IMG/VR virus record: IMGVR_UViG_3300030331_003482
Coordinates: 45,227-65,226 of that record
Length of the DNA stretch: 20,000 bases
Source of the DNA: an uncultured virus (IMG/VR IMGVR_UViG_3300030331_003482)
Lineage: Duplodnaviria > Heunggongvirae > Uroviricota > Caudoviricetes
Strand: one strand, 5' to 3'
In this document: piece after piece, positions 16,130 through 20,000 of the stretch
Layout: every line of letters begins with the position of its first letter
Position numbering within the stretch: the stretch's first letter is position 1
The notes under the pieces: model-generated
What the model saw: the letters and a program-made list of their open reading frames with translations, nothing else
Told to the model about the DNA's origin: nothing
The model's database searches: none
Position numbers and translations under genes: made by a program

Positions 16130-19100
16130 ATGGCAGATAAAACAACAGCAGGATTAAGATTTAGAGAATTAAACGCGACTTTTGCAGCGAATATTTTAGG
16201 AGGAGCTACTGACTTTAAAATTGGAGCAAATACTTCTGATGGTTCTGATAACGCGCAATTAAAAATAATGGGTGGTGGTGACGCCACGGATGTAAGAGGA
16301 GCTTCTATTCATTTAGCTGGTAATGAACATGGAAACGCAGGTTTATTGCAACTAAGGGCTGGTGATGGTACTACTGGTGGAATTAGACTATACGAAGGTG
16401 GTTCTGAAAGAATGAGAATATCTGCTGGTAAAGTAATTATATCAAACACAGGAAGTACTGGCACGCCGTCTGGTTTACTACATATAAAAGGTACAGGTGA
16501 CGCTATAAGAGTAGAATCAACAAACACAGGCGCTGGTGGTGCTCAAATAGATTTATTGCATTTTACAACTTCTCCAGCAGATGAAGATACTCATGGTATG
16601 ATAAACATGGGTGGTTATTACACTGGAACAACATCTGTATATGGTTCTCAAATATTAAGTAAATGGACTGATGTATCAGCAAGACACAGTAGATTAGAAT
16701 TTAAAACTTTAGATACAACATTAAGCACAGTGCTAACTCTAGCGCATGATAAATCCGCAACTTTTGGAGGGGATGTAAGAATACCACAAGGAGCTTTTAT
16801 TGCAGCGCAATCTTCTCTTACAAATCCTGTGTTAAGATTAACAAACACAGATGTTAACAACTACGACTTTACTTTTCCAAATAATTCTACACTCCAATTA
16901 GGCTCAAATGTAAATTCTGATTTAATATTTAAACTACTAAACGCTGGCACGGGTAATTTTAATTTAGCCGTTAACGGTGGTGTTACAGCTATTGGTGCTA
17001 TGTCGTCTTTTGAAACAACATTAACTAATAATGATGACTGGCAAAATTCACCTATAAGTATATTAGAAAGAGACAATGTAGGTTCTGGTCAAACGGCTGA
17101 TAAATACTCTCCTAATCTAAACTTTCATTGGGGAGGTATAGTATCTAGATCACTTTGGATGGACGCTAATGGTCATTTGCATTATGGTGAATATAGTACC
17201 ACTGGAATACCAGATGATCAATCTGGTCATTTTCGTGCTAATGAAATTCACGCTAATATATTTAGAGACAAAGGTAGTACAGGTTTTTATTTAGATCCAG
17301 CTAGCACAGGTACATCTTTAAATATAGCTGGTGCAATAGAGTTAGACGATGCAAAACCTATTAAATGGGGTACAGAAAATATATTAAGTCATAATGGTAC
17401 TCAAACTTATTTAGGTGATGCGACCTCAGCATCAGCATTAACATTAAGCGGTGGAAATGCAACTTTTGAGGGTGATAATTCAACTAATGGCATAATAAGA
17501 TCTGCTAAAAATATAGTTTCAAACTCTGTATACAACCTTATATCAATGCACAGTACAAGAGGTATTGATGACTATGGTGGTTTAGGTAAAAACTATATGC
17601 AGTTAAACTTAGTAACACCTGGCGCGAGTACAACAGGTGGCAGTTCAGCTCATGGCTTTGGTAACTTCTCGTTAAATTTAGCTAATAGTGGCTCTAATTC
17701 TAATATGACTGAAGTTTTAAACATAACATCTGGTGGTGCTGCAACTTTTGTAGGTCCTATGACAATATCGGGATCTTTTTCTAGCCCAGGAGATTTATTA
17801 ACTCTTTATAATACTAATAACGGCGGAGGTTCTGGTATAAGATTTAGTGATCAAGGGGGTTCTAATCCTTCAGCACAAAAAGGATTTTTTAAATTTCATC
17901 ATGTTAATACCGCAAGTCATGGTGGTGGTGCAGCTTTTGATATGACAAGTACAGAAGATAATTTAGTATTAGCTGTAGGTAATGCAGACGCTACTCATGG
18001 AAGAATAGTTGTTTGGGGCGGTGCTAATAATCAACAACCAGATTATGGTTTTGCTCAAGATTTAGATACTGGTATGTTAAGAACAGGTACTAATGCAATG
18101 AGGTTTGTTACTGGTGGCACCCCAGCTTTAGATTTTGATTCATCTCAACTCGCAACTTTTGGAGGAGACACAGTAGCACCAGGTGTATACGTTGGTTCAA
18201 GAAATGTTGCTTTTGACTTTTATAATAATGGCACAAGTTATTTTAATGGTGACGTAGAGGTAAATGCTAAGCTGCACATTTCTGATGAGCACCTTGTTCT
18301 TAGATCAAGTTCACCAGAATTTTATTTTGCTACAACAGGCAATAATCATTATAACTGGATGATTGCAGCTCAAGAAAATGTAGATGGTGGTTTAGAGTTC
18401 GGACACTCATCGGCTACAACTTCAACTTTAGACTTAGATGCTAGTAATTACGTAAGAACTCTAACACTTAACTCTGATAACTCTGCAGCTTTTGCAGGTA
18501 CTATTAAACCTAGTAAAGGTATTGGATGGCCAACAACACAAGGTATGAACTCTGGTGGTGGAACTGCTTACAAAAGAATAGGTACTTGGAAAGCTGGTCA
18601 ACAGGGTAGAAACTTATATCTATGTATAGTTGCTGGTAGTGGGTATAATGCATCATATGCACAACAAGGAGAAATTCATATATTACTTAGAACTTCTAAC
18701 GCTAGTAGTACAAAAACAGCTACACAAGGTAGTGCTGTGGAATTTGACGGCTACTATTATCAAACTGGAACAGTTAAACTTACTGATAGTGCTATAAGAG
18801 TAGAAGTAAGTGCGTCAGATGAGTATACTATATATATGCTAACTAAAAACTTTATAGGTATAGGTGCTATAAAAGCAAACCATGCACACAACGATGAGTT
18901 TATTGTTCATGCTGATGCAGGAGGTTCATCAAGTGATTTTAGTAGTTCAAACTACCTGGACATAATAGAATATTATAAACTTAATACTAATGCAATTTTT
19001 GCAGGAACTGTTAAAGGAACTACTTACTTAGTTAATCACGCTTCAGCTGCTGGTATAGGTGCTTCATTAGGAGATATTAATAGCGCTGAACTTGGGCCAG

Positions 19101-20000
19101 GATATTTAAGTTTATCAAGAGATGATACGGCTGATGCAAAACAAATAGTTTTTGAAAAGAACGATGCAGAGCATAGTTACCTTAGAACAGATGATGATAG
19201 TCTGAGAATTGTTGCTGGTGCTGGTAAAAATATTTTTATTGATACCAACAACAATGTTGCAAATATGTGGCGTTTTACAAGTAGTGGAATATTTCAATGG
19301 GGTGCTGCAAGAGGTACTTTGACTTGGGACAGTAACTATGCTAGAGTACACGCACAAGGAACAGACATGGAGCTACACTTAGGTAGTGGAAATGATAATG
19401 ATGCTGTAAAAATTATTGGTAGTGATACAACTTTTGCAGGTAATATAACTATTAATGACAAAATAACATTTGCTCATAACGATAATCACTTTATACAAAG
19501 CGGAACAAATAGCTGGGCGTTTAAAGCTAATAGTGGAACTGCAGCTCTTGTACTAACTACAGGTGGTGCCGCAACTTTTGCAGGTAATCTACAAGCAGAT
19601 TTTCAATTATTAGGTAGAGCTTTTAGAGGTACTAATCGAGGTGAATTACATCTTAATGCAACTGGTACTAATGATGTAGCTGAAATATTTTTTGGTTTTG
19701 GTTCAGGTTATACTGAGAATAATATTAGATGGGCTATTTCAGATAGAGGTACATCACAAGGTTTATTGCATATCTATCAAGGACCAGCAAATGGTGGGTT
19801 TACGCCATTGATGACATTCAAATCAAGTAATGATTCTGTTGGAATCGGAACGACAGACCCGTCTGAACTTCTTACCTTGAATAAAGCATCAGGTGCGGTA
19901 GGAATATTATTGGAAGGTAATGGAACTGATGTGGGTAAATTTAAAGTTGCTAGTGCAGGTGTAAACCACGCTGTTCAAATAGGTACTATTAGTAATAACG
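16130..20000 (+). CDS. Second giant modular tail fibre (at least 1290 aa; runs off the right edge)
   Basis: Absent from the track because there is no stop in the window. Starts MADKTTAGLRFRELNATFAA. All ATFxG boxes (16757, 17459, 17741, 18152, 18485, 18992, 19427, 19571) are in frame with ATG 16130. Confidence 0.85.
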   Translation, partial: MADKTTAGLRFRELNATFAANILGGATDFKIGANTSDGSDNAQLKIMGGGDATDVRGASIHLAGNEHGNAGLLQLRAGDGTTGGIRLYEGGSERMRISAGKVIISNTGSTGTPSGLLHIKGTGDAIRVESTNTGAGGAQIDLLHFTTSPADEDTHGMINMGGYYTGTTSVYGSQILSKWTDVSARHSRLEFKTLDTTLSTVLTLAHDKSATFGGDVRIPQGAFIAAQSSLTNPVLRLTNTDVNNYDFTFPNNSTLQLGSNVNSDLIFKLLNAGTGNFNLAVNGGVTAIGAMSSFETTLTNNDDWQNSPISILERDNVGSGQTADKYSPNLNFHWGGIVSRSLWMDANGHLHYGEYSTTGIPDDQSGHFRANEIHANIFRDKGSTGFYLDPASTGTSLNIAGAIELDDAKPIKWGTENILSHNGTQTYLGDATSASALTLSGGNATFEGDNSTNGIIRSAKNIVSNSVYNLISMHSTRGIDDYGGLGKNYMQLNLVTPGASTTGGSSAHGFGNFSLNLANSGSNSNMTEVLNITSGGAATFVGPMTISGSFSSPGDLLTLYNTNNGGGSGIRFSDQGGSNPSAQKGFFKFHHVNTASHGGGAAFDMTSTEDNLVLAVGNADATHGRIVVWGGANNQQPDYGFAQDLDTGMLRTGTNAMRFVTGGTPALDFDSSQLATFGGDTVAPGVYVGSRNVAFDFYNNGTSYFNGDVEVNAKLHISDEHLVLRSSSPEFYFATTGNNHYNWMIAAQENVDGGLEFGHSSATTSTLDLDASNYVRTLTLNSDNSAAFAGTIKPSKGIGWPTTQGMNSGGGTAYKRIGTWKAGQQGRNLYLCIVAGSGYNASYAQQGEIHILLRTSNASSTKTATQGSAVEFDGYYYQTGTVKLTDSAIRVEVSASDEYTIYMLTKNFIGIGAIKANHAHNDEFIVHADAGGSSSDFSSSNYLDIIEYYKLNTNAIFAGTVKGTTYLVNHASAAGIGASLGDINSAELGPGYLSLSRDDTADAKQIVFEKNDAEHSYLRTDDDSLRIVAGAGKNIFIDTNNNVANMWRFTSSGIFQWGAARGTLTWDSNYARVHAQGTDMELHLGSGNDNDAVKIIGSDTTFAGNITINDKITFAHNDNHFIQSGTNSWAFKANSGTAALVLTTGGAATFAGNLQADFQLLGRAFRGTNRGELHLNATGTNDVAEIFFGFGSGYTENNIRWAISDRGTSQGLLHIYQGPANGGFTPLMTFKSSNDSVGIGTTDPSELLTLNKASGAVGILLEGNGTDVGKFKVASAGVNHAVQIGTISNN

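Noticed and set aside
6038..19357. Short minus-strand and alternate-frame ORFs over groEL/groES, the holin and the fibre genes
   Set aside because: They are shadows of strongly supported plus-strand genes.
10895..20000. Diversity-generating retroelement acting on the fibres
   Set aside because: No reverse transcriptase and no TR/VR pair with adenine-specific mismatches were seen; the only long repeat is exact.

Overview
AT-rich dsDNA tailed-phage genome segment, probably a marine Bacteroidota (Flavobacteriia-type) phage. The host call is inferred from A-rich leaders without Shine-Dalgarno sequences. Two arms diverge from a non-coding switch at ~4870-5132. The left arm (minus strand) has many small early-type genes, including an ATP-dependent DNA ligase, an Nmad1/DUF1599-like protein and a DksA/TraR-type Zn finger. 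It carries six copies of a fixed-spacing promoter-like motif (TTACAAACWAAATACGA-N9-GATAATA). It also holds three RNA elements: a 74-nt tmRNA-like tRNA-like domain with G3-U70 but no mRNA-like domain, an adjacent ~105-nt structured RNA, and a ~44-nt acceptor/T-arm minihelix. The right arm (plus strand) has phage groEL then groES, a winged-helix protein, small basic proteins, a 3TM holin and giant modular tail-fibre genes. The fibre modules are joined by a nucleotide-conserved GCAACTTTTGCAGG (ATFAG) box, and the scaffold gap at 14910-14919 sits at a branch point right after one such box. All family calls are from motif recognition only; no searches were run.
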